Made by a program: the position numbers and the translations under genes
Notes under the pieces: generated by a model
Database searches by the model: none
What the model was told of the DNA's origin: nothing
Seen by the model: the letters and a program-made list of their open reading frames with translations, nothing else
DNA from: a virus
Length of the DNA: 64,000 nucleotides
Strand: one strand, 5' to 3'
Virus record (IMG/VR): IMGVR_UViG_3300036985_002246
Span: 96,001 to 160,000 of that record
Shown: positions 56,354-64,000 of the stretch, piece after piece
Layout of the letters: every line of letters starts with the position of its first letter
How positions within the stretch are numbered: the stretch's first letter is position 1

Positions 56354-57282
56354 AGGCCCTCTGTCTCAGTGGTGGGGGTGCTCGTGGTGCCTACCAGGTG
56401 GGCGCGATCAAGTACCTCATGGGTGAGCGTGGTGAGAACTACGACATTTTCACCGGCACCAGCGTCGGCGCTCTCAATGCGGCGTACCTTGCTCAGTTCC
56501 CTGTAGGGGAGGAGTTGGACGCGGCACACGGCCTGAGGGAACTGTGGCTCGGGCTTGACTCCTCGAAGGTCTGGCGGGAGTGGTACTGGGGGCTGCTGGG
56601 GCTCCTTCCAGTCGTTCTGCCGAAGTGGTTTGGTGGCAAGACCTCCGCCTACTCAACGGCTCCTCTGAGGGGATTGGTTGACCACCACCTCAGGCCGCGA
56701 GCGATCCTGTCTTCGGGGAAGAAGCTCCGAGTCGGGGCCGTGGACCTGGACTCAGGGGTCCGCAGGGTGTGGGACGAGCAGGATCCTGCCCACCTACGGA
56801 AGGCTGTGCTCGCAAGCTCGTCCTTCCCGGTGTTCTTCGAGCCTGTCGAGATCAACGGACGCCTCTACACGGACGCCGGGGTGCGTGAGGTCAGCCCAAT
56901 CGAGGACGCGATCAAGGCCGGGGCCAGGGAGATCCACCTGATCTCCACCAGACCCATGGAGGTCGTGGGTGCCTTCGACCGCAAGGGCGGCCTCTCGCTC
57001 GGGCGACGTGTGCTCGGGATCATGGAGTCTGAGATCGAGCGGTGGGACGTGAGGGCCGTCGAGTTGTACAACGCCCTCTACGAGGCGAGGCACCCGCTGG
57101 CCGTCGGCAAGTCCTACGTCACCCTGAAGGTGTTGCGCCCGGAGCAGGACCTGCTGGACAACGCCCTGGACTTCAACACGACCGACATTATCGCCAACAT
57201 GGGGCGCGGCTATGCCGACGCGAAGGCCATGAACTGGGGGTCCGGTCCTGCGGTACAGTCCGAGAGCAAGGTGCCCTCATGA
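56350..57282 (+). CDS. Patatin-like phospholipase
   Basis: LSGGGARG oxyanion motif; GTSVG nucleophile; DAG variant of DGG. Confidence 0.9.
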   Translation: MKALCLSGGGARGAYQVGAIKYLMGERGENYDIFTGTSVGALNAAYLAQFPVGEELDAAHGLRELWLGLDSSKVWREWYWGLLGLLPVVLPKWFGGKTSAYSTAPLRGLVDHHLRPRAILSSGKKLRVGAVDLDSGVRRVWDEQDPAHLRKAVLASSSFPVFFEPVEINGRLYTDAGVREVSPIEDAIKAGAREIHLISTRPMEVVGAFDRKGGLSLGRRVLGIMESEIERWDVRAVELYNALYEARHPLAVGKSYVTLKVLRPEQDLLDNALDFNTTDIIANMGRGYADAKAMNWGSGPAVQSESKVPS

Positions 57283-57734
57283 GCGCAGAATCCAAGGTGC
57301 TTCAGGTCGGTCTAGGGGACGCCATGCGCCGTCTCCTCGACATTGAGATCCGCGTCCGCCACGGGATCACCACCCCCGAGGTGGCTGTCGAGCGGGATAT
57401 GCTCCTCGAAGCCCTGAACCGGGTCGAGATCAATCTCGGGTTCGACTGTGACAGCGACGGGCTCCCCGACACCGTGGACCTGTTCAGGGAGACCTCTGAG
57501 ACTTCCTGCTGCCGCCTCATTGACCTGCCAGGCGTGAAGCCCACGAAGAAGCCCACTGTGAAGAAGGCGGCACCTCCCCCGGCTCCCGTGCCACCTGCGG
57601 TCTCGCAGGAGGTGTCCTCCTCCCGTCTGGAGGAGCTTCCTTCGCTCACCACGGGTCCGCTCGGGACCCCAGCGGGTCCGGGCTTCTTCTCTCGAATGTT
57701 CAACCCGGCTGACAAGAAGGGTGGGAAGCAGTAG
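57279..57734 (+). CDS. Hypothetical protein
   Basis: ATGA overlap; DCDSDGLPD; Pro-rich. Confidence 0.55.
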   Translation: MSAESKVLQVGLGDAMRRLLDIEIRVRHGITTPEVAVERDMLLEALNRVEINLGFDCDSDGLPDTVDLFRETSETSCCRLIDLPGVKPTKKPTVKKAAPPPAPVPPAVSQEVSSSRLEELPSLTTGPLGTPAGPGFFSRMFNPADKKGGKQ

Positions 57735-58042
57735 TGCCGACGCTCAACTTCCTGCTGCTCGCCTACGGGATCGCCTTCGGGGTCCAGAACAAGCTCCCGT
57801 TCCTTCGGGGCAAGCTGGCTGTCCTGGACGCACTGATCAAGTGTACCTACTGCTTGGGGTTCCACACGGGATACCTGGCTTGGGGTCTGTACTGGGTCAT
57901 GGAGAGGCCGTCTCTTGGGACTGACGCCGGAAGCATTGCACTCTCGGTGGTCCTCGCCGTCGTGACGTGGGGGCTCTCTTCGGCGGCGTTCTCCTACGGG
58001 GTGGACACGGCGATCCGGTGGCTTGAATATCGCCCCCGGTAG
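57734..58042 (+). CDS. Small membrane protein, DUF1360-like
   Basis: 2-3 hydrophobic segments; LIKCTYCLGFH. Confidence 0.55.
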   Translation: MPTLNFLLLAYGIAFGVQNKLPFLRGKLAVLDALIKCTYCLGFHTGYLAWGLYWVMERPSLGTDAGSIALSVVLAVVTWGLSSAAFSYGVDTAIRWLEYRPR

Positions 58043-58057
58043 GCGAGGGCTTCAAGC

Positions 58058-58489
58058 GTGCCGGTCGTACAACTTTTCCGACCTCAGAGTTCCGGGGACG
58101 TGATTCTTCCGGCGTCCATGCCGCCAGGGTATGTGCCCGGCTCGTACCTGAACATGGCCGTGAAGATCGTGGACGTGCTCGGGGTGCCCACGATCTACCC
58201 GTGCATGGCCCAGAAGAACACGGACAGCCCGCAATCGTTCTACGGGATCCTGAAGCAGGACCTCCCGACGGTGATCGTCACGGCAGGCAGGGGGGCCGCC
58301 ACGACTCCGCTCGTCGAGGGGGCGATCCCACTTGTGCCGGACAAGGACGTGTACCTGTCCTCGACCACGCCAGGGTATGTGACCCAGGCGACGCCCCAAT
58401 CTTCAGGGACCGTCATGCTCCGGGTCGGGTTCGCCCTTGACGCTGCTCGGGTCATTCTGTCCGGTGACTTCCGGGTGGACTACTACTGA
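58058..58489 (+). CDS. Cement/decoration-fold-like small protein
   Basis: VYLSSTTPGYVTQATP...RVGFAL pattern. Confidence 0.5.
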   Translation: MPVVQLFRPQSSGDVILPASMPPGYVPGSYLNMAVKIVDVLGVPTIYPCMAQKNTDSPQSFYGILKQDLPTVIVTAGRGAATTPLVEGAIPLVPDKDVYLSSTTPGYVTQATPQSSGTVMLRVGFALDAARVILSGDFRVDYY

Positions 58490-58522
58490 GCCTATCAGCA
58501 GACCCTGCTAGGAGTCTCGTCC

Positions 58523-58906
58523 ATGTCCAATCTCCGCTCGAAGCTGATCCGCCTGGCCCACCAGAAGCCAGAGCTTCGGGCTGACTTGCTGCCGCTGCTC
58601 AAGTCGGCGAGACCCACGTTCGTGGAGGCCAAGCAGACGATCCTCGACTACCTGGGGGAGCACGGCTGGAAGCTCTCGGCCCCTGGACTCAAGGTCATGC
58701 ACGCCACGTCCAAGGACGGGAAGGTGCGCCTCTGGTTCAAGGCACAGGCGGTCTACTTCACCTACAGCACGGGTAGACACGACTTCGGGGAGGCACACTC
58801 CCTTCACAACGACATTCGCTCAATGACCCCAGAGGCGTTCGCAAAGGACGCCGACGAGACCGCCAGGGCTGACCTCTGGGTGGAACGGGACGCTGAGCGG
58901 GGGTGA
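58523..58906 (+). CDS. Small protein with N-terminal LRSKLIRLAH tag
   Basis: AGGAG RBS; tag then KSA|. Confidence 0.7.
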   Translation: MSNLRSKLIRLAHQKPELRADLLPLLKSARPTFVEAKQTILDYLGEHGWKLSAPGLKVMHATSKDGKVRLWFKAQAVYFTYSTGRHDFGEAHSLHNDIRSMTPEAFAKDADETARADLWVERDAERG

Positions 58907-58946
58907 GCCACACCTCGTCTTTCACAACCAGTAGGGAGTCCTCTCA

Positions 58947-59405
58947 ATGTCCGACCGAACACTTCGAGCCAAGCTGATCCGCCTCGCCCACGCCAACCCC
59001 GAGCTTCGCGCTCAGATCCTCCCGCTCCTCAAGGACGCGGGCTGCGAGAAGCTGCCTGAGGGCGGCATGAGGGACAACTGCGAGGAGAAGGTCGAGGAGG
59101 GCAAGGAGTCTGCCTCCAAGAAGGCCGGTGGCAACGACGTGATCGAGTACGTCCTCCCCATGGACGACATGGCCAAGCTCTACCACACGCTGAAGAAGCA
59201 GGACGAGCAGTCAGCCAAGCTCCTCATGGAGGTCTACAACGTCCTGCGGGATAGGCTCAAGCTCTCCGACGGCGAGAACGAGGCCATGAGCCGGGTCCGT
59301 GGCATGGTCACTCGTGGGCAGAACTGGGACGCGGCCCTCCTCCGCAACAACGTCTTCAAGGCCGCCCACTCGCTCGGCATGAAGCTGCCGAGCTTCATGT
59401 TCTGA
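58947..59405 (+). CDS. Small protein with N-terminal LRAKLIRLAH tag
   Basis: GGGAG RBS; tag then KDA|; SKKA|G. Confidence 0.7.
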   Translation: MSDRTLRAKLIRLAHANPELRAQILPLLKDAGCEKLPEGGMRDNCEEKVEEGKESASKKAGGNDVIEYVLPMDDMAKLYHTLKKQDEQSAKLLMEVYNVLRDRLKLSDGENEAMSRVRGMVTRGQNWDAALLRNNVFKAAHSLGMKLPSFMF

Positions 59406-59418
59406 GCGGAGACACTCG

Positions 59419-60315
59419 GTGGCAGTCGCATTTCTACCAGGGACAGTGCTCGGGCAGGGAGATCTCGACATTTTCCTGACGAACTCGTCGTCGATTGCGA
59501 CCAACGCCTTCGAGATCACCTACGCGATCTACTGGGTCAGCAACGTCTTCCCGTTCCCCGAGATCCTGATCGGGTCGCCGAACCGGATCCCGCTGAACCC
59601 GAACGTCGGCGAGTACTACGCCTCGCTCCAGGTGCCGACCAACGCGAGTATCGGCACCTACCACATTCGGTGGAACTTCAAGCAGTTCGCCGGGAGCCCA
59701 GTCCAGCAGGTCGTGCAGGAGTGGGCCGTGGTCACGCCTGGGACGACAACCTCCCCGATCTACACCCAGTGCGTCACGTCAATGATCGGGAAGCTGCGGC
59801 TCCTCCTCCGCGACCAGAACCCCGACAAGTTCTACCACTTCCGCCCACCGGAGGCGGAAGGCAACATTGGCGCGTACAACCAGGTCTTCGGTCAGATCTG
59901 GGAGGACGCTGAGCTTCTGGAGTACCTGGAGCGCGGGCTCGACTGGTGGAATATGTTCCCACCGACGACGCCTGACCTGGACACCCTCGACAAGCTCTGC
60001 GCCGAGAAGTCCGTGTGGCGGACAGCCGTTCTGTGGGAGGCGATTGCTCACGCCTGCTTCGCTGTGTCACTCAACTGGGTGGCGGACGAGTTCGACTACT
60101 CAATCGGTGGTGTTTCCCTCTCGATCGAGAAGTCCTCGAAGTACGAGTCACTCAAGCAGAACGCCGAGTCTCAGTTCGACAAGGCCACCGAAGCCAAGGC
60201 TCGGACCGTGAAGTTCATTCGCGGCTTGCAGCAGCCCAAGTACGGGATCGGGATAAGGTCGGCCTTTGGACCACAGGTAGGTCGGGGTGTGCTCAGTCCG
60301 AGGAATTTCCTCTAA
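59419..60315 (+). CDS. Putative neck/head-completion protein
   Basis: KLRLLLRD...WEDAELLEYL...FDYSIGGVSLSIEKSSKY, resembling head-tail adaptors. Confidence 0.55.
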   Translation: MAVAFLPGTVLGQGDLDIFLTNSSSIATNAFEITYAIYWVSNVFPFPEILIGSPNRIPLNPNVGEYYASLQVPTNASIGTYHIRWNFKQFAGSPVQQVVQEWAVVTPGTTTSPIYTQCVTSMIGKLRLLLRDQNPDKFYHFRPPEAEGNIGAYNQVFGQIWEDAELLEYLERGLDWWNMFPPTTPDLDTLDKLCAEKSVWRTAVLWEAIAHACFAVSLNWVADEFDYSIGGVSLSIEKSSKYESLKQNAESQFDKATEAKARTVKFIRGLQQPKYGIGIRSAFGPQVGRGVLSPRNFL

Positions 60316-60433
60316 AACCTGAATCATTCCGGGTACCATCACTCCGTCATCAAGTACCTGAAGCGGTAACAGACAGCAAGAAAAGTACGGGTTAGGGGTA
60401 GACGTTCGGTTCTGGGTCAAGTAGACTCCAGGC

Positions 60434-61504
60434 ATGAAGTCCACGGCGACCGTCGAATGCCCGGCCTGCAAGAAGCTCATTCCGACCAAGGCGATCCCCA
60501 AACACACTTCGGGGTGTCACAGTTGGTCTACGGTCGTTGGGGTTCCCCCGTCCAAGTTCAACTGGGACGCCCACTGCAAGCGCGGCCCATACGCAGACGG
60601 GCTCATGGAGGGCACCAACTACGTTCGGTGCTTGGAGTGTGCGAAGAAGGGCTGGGACGCTCGTTTCAAGCGCATGATGGACCACCTCAAGAAGGTCCAC
60701 GGCTATGACGAGGCGACGTACCTTGCGAAGTACTCCAACGCGGCGGTGAGGATCGCCTCTACGGCCCAGAAGCGTGAGGGGACAGTCCAGGCTCGTTACG
60801 GGGTCGAGAACGTCTTTCAGGCCGACTCTGTGAAGCAGCAGAGCCGCAAGACAATGAGACAGCGGTACGGGGCCAGTCACCCACTTCAGGCTCTGAAGCC
60901 TCGCCAGAAGATGCTTGCAACCAATCTCACTCGCTACGGGTCAGCCAATCCGTTCGGCTCTGCTAAGATCAAAGCGAGGCTGAAGGCCACCAACATTCTC
61001 CGCTACGGGACCGAGTTCCCCAATCAGAACCGGGGGGTTATCGCTCGTCGTGTTGGGACGAACATGATCCGGTACGGATCTCCCGTGCCACAGGGGTTTG
61101 GTAGGTCGGGAAAGACCTCCCTTGAGGATTGGGTAGACAAGCTCGCCCTAGCAGGCGTCGTCTACACCGGGGACCGTTCGTACTGGGTCCGGTGTACCGG
61201 ACAGGACGGTTTTCCGAAGAACCGCAATCCCGACTTCGTGGTCTACTCGCCTGAGAACCTCGCCAGGGTGCTGGAAGGGGCACCTACCAATGAGGTCCGC
61301 ACGAACAAGGTGATCGAGGTGCTGGGGGATTGGTGGCACCGGGAGGAGATCGTGGGCCTCCCCCGAGACGCCTACGTTGCTTCCCGCATCGCGGAGTACG
61401 CCTCCGCCCGGATCTCCTGCCTCATCCTCTGGGAGTCCGAGGTCAAGAAGCAACCTGAGCTAGTCCTGGAGCGCCTCGCTGGGTTCCTCTCAGTAGGTCC
61501 GTGA
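60434..61504 (+). CDS. Free-standing endonuclease: Zn-finger/repeat N-terminus and Vsr-like PD-(D/E)XK C-terminus (likely homing endonuclease)
   Basis: CPAC, CLEC...HLKKVH; RYGVENVFQ-type repeats; NPDFV...VIEVLGDWWH...LILWESE. Confidence 0.75.
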   Translation: MKSTATVECPACKKLIPTKAIPKHTSGCHSWSTVVGVPPSKFNWDAHCKRGPYADGLMEGTNYVRCLECAKKGWDARFKRMMDHLKKVHGYDEATYLAKYSNAAVRIASTAQKREGTVQARYGVENVFQADSVKQQSRKTMRQRYGASHPLQALKPRQKMLATNLTRYGSANPFGSAKIKARLKATNILRYGTEFPNQNRGVIARRVGTNMIRYGSPVPQGFGRSGKTSLEDWVDKLALAGVVYTGDRSYWVRCTGQDGFPKNRNPDFVVYSPENLARVLEGAPTNEVRTNKVIEVLGDWWHREEIVGLPRDAYVASRIAEYASARISCLILWESEVKKQPELVLERLAGFLSVGP

Positions 61505-61527
61505 GTTCTCTATAGGCCGGGGGTGAC

Positions 61528-62520
61528 ATGACCAATCTGCTTCGTCTGGTCGCAGTGCTGGGAGTGTCCCTCCTGTTCTCGTGCGGGCCGTCACCGGCTC
61601 CTCTTGTGGACGCAGGGTTCGACGCCGGGACGACCGACGGTGGGGTTCCTCCGACACGGCTCCGGGTGATCAACGGCTCCACCGAGACGCTGTGGATCTT
61701 CTACCAGGTCGGCTCGGGCGGCGGGTCGATCCCCACGGCTCACCAGGTCCAGTTGGCGGCTGGCGAGCACCTCGACTACCCGATCCCCGACGAGGGCCTC
61801 GCGGCCACTCGGTTCTGGCCAGGCTACGGCTGTGACGACACCGGGAACAACTGCCAGATCGGGCAGTCAGGCGGCCCCGCAGACCAGGGCTTCACCTGCC
61901 CAAGCTACGGCTGCGCCCCGCCGATCGACTCGAAGTTCGAGGGCACCTTCGGCTGCCTTCCAAGCGTGCCGGTCGGCGACTGCCTGATCAACCCGTCGAG
62001 CCCGACGCATGACCCGCTCCCTGCCACGGACGGCTGGGACACGAGCATGGTTGACGGCTTCACGCTGCCCTTCCGGGTCGAGGTGTTCGGGGACTGTCCC
62101 GGCGGTCCGATCGCCAACACGATCGACTGCTCGGCGCTCCCCCTGTCCATGTGCCCGACCACGGAGGACCTCTCCACGGACGGGGCATTCCCGGCGCTCA
62201 TGTCGGAGAGCATGATGCTCACGAACCCCTCAAGCTCGCTGCCGGGTGGCTGCTACGCGGACTGCTCGAAGCTCACCATGTCCCAGTGGTCTGGGCTCTC
62301 CTACGACCCCGCTTCGGCTGAGGCGCAAATGTACTGCTGCCCGACGCCGCCGATTGAGCCCCCGGCCTGCCGAGTCGGCCCAGTCGCGAGCACAGCCTAC
62401 ACCGACCTGGTTCACCGGACCTGCCCGCAGGTCTACGCCTACTCCTACGACGACGGGAGCGGGCTGTTCTCGTGCCCGGCGGGCGTCCACTACGAAGTCA
62501 CCTTCTACGGACTACAATGA
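61528..62520 (+). CDS. Thaumatin-family lipoprotein
   Basis: Lipobox LFS|C; RFW..GC; DTSMVDGFTLP; YCC; CPQVYAYSYDD..LFSC..YEVTF. Confidence 0.85.
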   Translation: MTNLLRLVAVLGVSLLFSCGPSPAPLVDAGFDAGTTDGGVPPTRLRVINGSTETLWIFYQVGSGGGSIPTAHQVQLAAGEHLDYPIPDEGLAATRFWPGYGCDDTGNNCQIGQSGGPADQGFTCPSYGCAPPIDSKFEGTFGCLPSVPVGDCLINPSSPTHDPLPATDGWDTSMVDGFTLPFRVEVFGDCPGGPIANTIDCSALPLSMCPTTEDLSTDGAFPALMSESMMLTNPSSSLPGGCYADCSKLTMSQWSGLSYDPASAEAQMYCCPTPPIEPPACRVGPVASTAYTDLVHRTCPQVYAYSYDDGSGLFSCPAGVHYEVTFYGLQ

Positions 62521-62813
62521 CCAATCTCCGCAGCAAACTGATCCGTCTCGCCCACTCGAATCCCGAGCTTCGGGCTGACCTCCTGCCGCTGCTCAAGACG
62601 GCTACCCCGCAGGAGTCCACCCCTGAGCAGCAGGCGGCTTCAGCAGAGGCCAAGCGTCTCTCGGAGATCGCGAACGAGAAGGGGACGCGCTCCGCCCACG
62701 CCAAGGCGGCCTCTGCCCACAGGGCAGCCGCCGACCTCTACCCTTGGGGGCACCTCATGAAGAGCACACACAAGGGAATGGCGCAAATGCACAAGCAGAA
62801 GGCCGGGCGGTGA
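62517..62813 (+). CDS. Small protein with N-terminal LRSKLIRLAH tag
   Basis: ATGA overlap; tag then KTA|. Confidence 0.7.
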   Translation: MTNLRSKLIRLAHSNPELRADLLPLLKTATPQESTPEQQAASAEAKRLSEIANEKGTRSAHAKAASAHRAAADLYPWGHLMKSTHKGMAQMHKQKAGR

Positions 62814-63838
62814 GCAGCGCGTACTTCGTAGCGACCCGCTTCCTGACTGCGAAGGTCTGGGTCAACCCGGAGAAGCTCCTCTCGGCCTACCAGGGGGAGT
62901 TGGTTGCCCTCAAGCGGGGGTTCCAGATTGGGTGGAGCAATCAGGGGCTGCGGATCTCTCTGTCCCATGTGCTCAACGCAGCCAGGCCACTGGCTGACTG
63001 GGTGATCCAGACCCGCTCAATCCCCGCTGGCAAGTCCAAGGCGGTGGAGTTGGCCGCTCGCCTCGTGACGAATATCGCCCGTGTGCCGACCGACGCCGTC
63101 GCCTGGTACGGGAAGAACTCTGGGAAGCTGGACCTTCTCCTGGAGGCTGCACAGTGGGGCGAGCGGGCGTCAACGGAGTCCGACGACAACCTGGAGGTCG
63201 CCACGGTTGGGCCGTTCAAGGTCCACAACACGATCGGGGCGAACGCCAAGCAACTCGGTGAGATCAAGGGGATCGTCGAGAACGCAGTCAGGTCACTGGG
63301 CACCACCCTCGACTTCAGGAAGGTGCTCTACGGCGACGTGTTCATTGTCGGCCAACTCAAGCAGTCAACCACGCTCGCTTGGTACTCGGTCACGGAAGAC
63401 GACGTGTACGTCCGGTCCCTCATGAAGAAGGGGATCGACAGCCTCAAGAGCCTGACCCACGAGCTAGGGCACCGCTACTGGTTCAAGTTCTTCCCCACCG
63501 ACGCAAAGCAGAGGGTCCTCAAGCTCTACTACGACCTGGGGAGCCAGCGCCCGGAACTGCCTGACCTGAAGGTGGGTGACCTCCTCCCAGTGGAGGTCCG
63601 TGGGGCGAAGGGTCCGATCACGATCGTCAGCAGGACAGGGCTCACCCTCGGGCTCTCCACAGGTGGTGCCGTGAGCATGATGGACGTGCAGAAGTTCCTT
63701 CGCAACAAGGCGGTCTTCCCGACCGTCTACGCGGCGAAGAACGTCGAAGAGTTCTTCGCCGAGTGCTTCGCGTTCTACACAATGGGGACGCTCAAGCCTG
63801 ACCTGGCCGCTCAGTTCGAGGCCGCGATCAAGGGCTGA
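62810..63838 (+). CDS. Zincin metallopeptidase (lethal-factor-like HExxH...E) with VATRFLTA leader
   Basis: THELGHRY; YAAKNVEEFFAECF. Confidence 0.7.
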   Translation: MSSAYFVATRFLTAKVWVNPEKLLSAYQGELVALKRGFQIGWSNQGLRISLSHVLNAARPLADWVIQTRSIPAGKSKAVELAARLVTNIARVPTDAVAWYGKNSGKLDLLLEAAQWGERASTESDDNLEVATVGPFKVHNTIGANAKQLGEIKGIVENAVRSLGTTLDFRKVLYGDVFIVGQLKQSTTLAWYSVTEDDVYVRSLMKKGIDSLKSLTHELGHRYWFKFFPTDAKQRVLKLYYDLGSQRPELPDLKVGDLLPVEVRGAKGPITIVSRTGLTLGLSTGGAVSMMDVQKFLRNKAVFPTVYAAKNVEEFFAECFAFYTMGTLKPDLAAQFEAAIKG

Positions 63839-64000
63839 CCTCGACGCGGAGTTCGTCAATGAGGAACCAGCGGTCGAAACCCCGTGCCTCATTGACCACT
63901 CGGGCGTGAGTACCAGCCGCCACTGTGACGACACACCATAGACCAGTGGGTCGCCCCTCGTGAACGTAGGGGGCGATCACCTTCTGGCCCACGTCCACAT
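63828..64000 (-). CDS. 3' part of a small minus-strand gene truncated by the window edge
   Basis: ...VGQKVIAPYVHEGRPTGLWCVVTVAAGTHARVVNEARGFDRWFLIDELRVEVSP*; converges on the zincin. Confidence 0.45.
   Translation of the reverse strand, partial: VDVGQKVIAPYVHEGRPTGLWCVVTVAAGTHARVVNEARGFDRWFLIDELRVEVSP

Noticed and set aside
31-64000. Alternative genetic code (stop-codon reassignment), as in some large phages
   Set aside because: Genes tile tightly under the standard code, with TGA, TAA and TAG all used as stops at sensible protein ends.

Overview
64 kb internal segment of a large, high-GC tailed dsDNA phage (jumbo-phage-like Caudoviricetes). Essentially every real gene is on the + strand. 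1-16.4 kb: recombination/replication/regulation module (RecA, a split SbcC/Rad50, SbcD/Mre11, PD-(D/E)XK nuclease, two DNA methyltransferases, beta clamp, primase core, DnaX clamp loader, NusG paralog, tandem sigma-4 HTH protein). 16.4-64 kb: morphogenesis module (TerL, portal, HAD-topoisomerase IB fusion, prohead protease, acidic scaffold, decoration protein, major capsid protein, fibre-like proteins, neck-like protein) with a complete tmRNA, two free-standing homing endonucleases, a patatin, a thaumatin-family lipoprotein and a zincin. Most interesting: (1) one MTase gene with two nested insertions, each keeping the MTase frame open while hiding an HNH endonuclease in a different forward frame; (2) a ~25-aa tag (LRxKLIRLAHxxPELRAxLLPLLK) on four unrelated proteins, plus recurrent RVAxR(F/Y) and K/R-x-A motifs, suggesting a capsid-cargo addressing and proteolytic processing system whose cargo may include a HAD-TopIB polyprotein; (3) synonymous avoidance of CATC/GATG and SAGCTS. 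All family calls come from motif recognition by eye; no database searches or computed counts were run. A Myxococcota-like host is an inference only.
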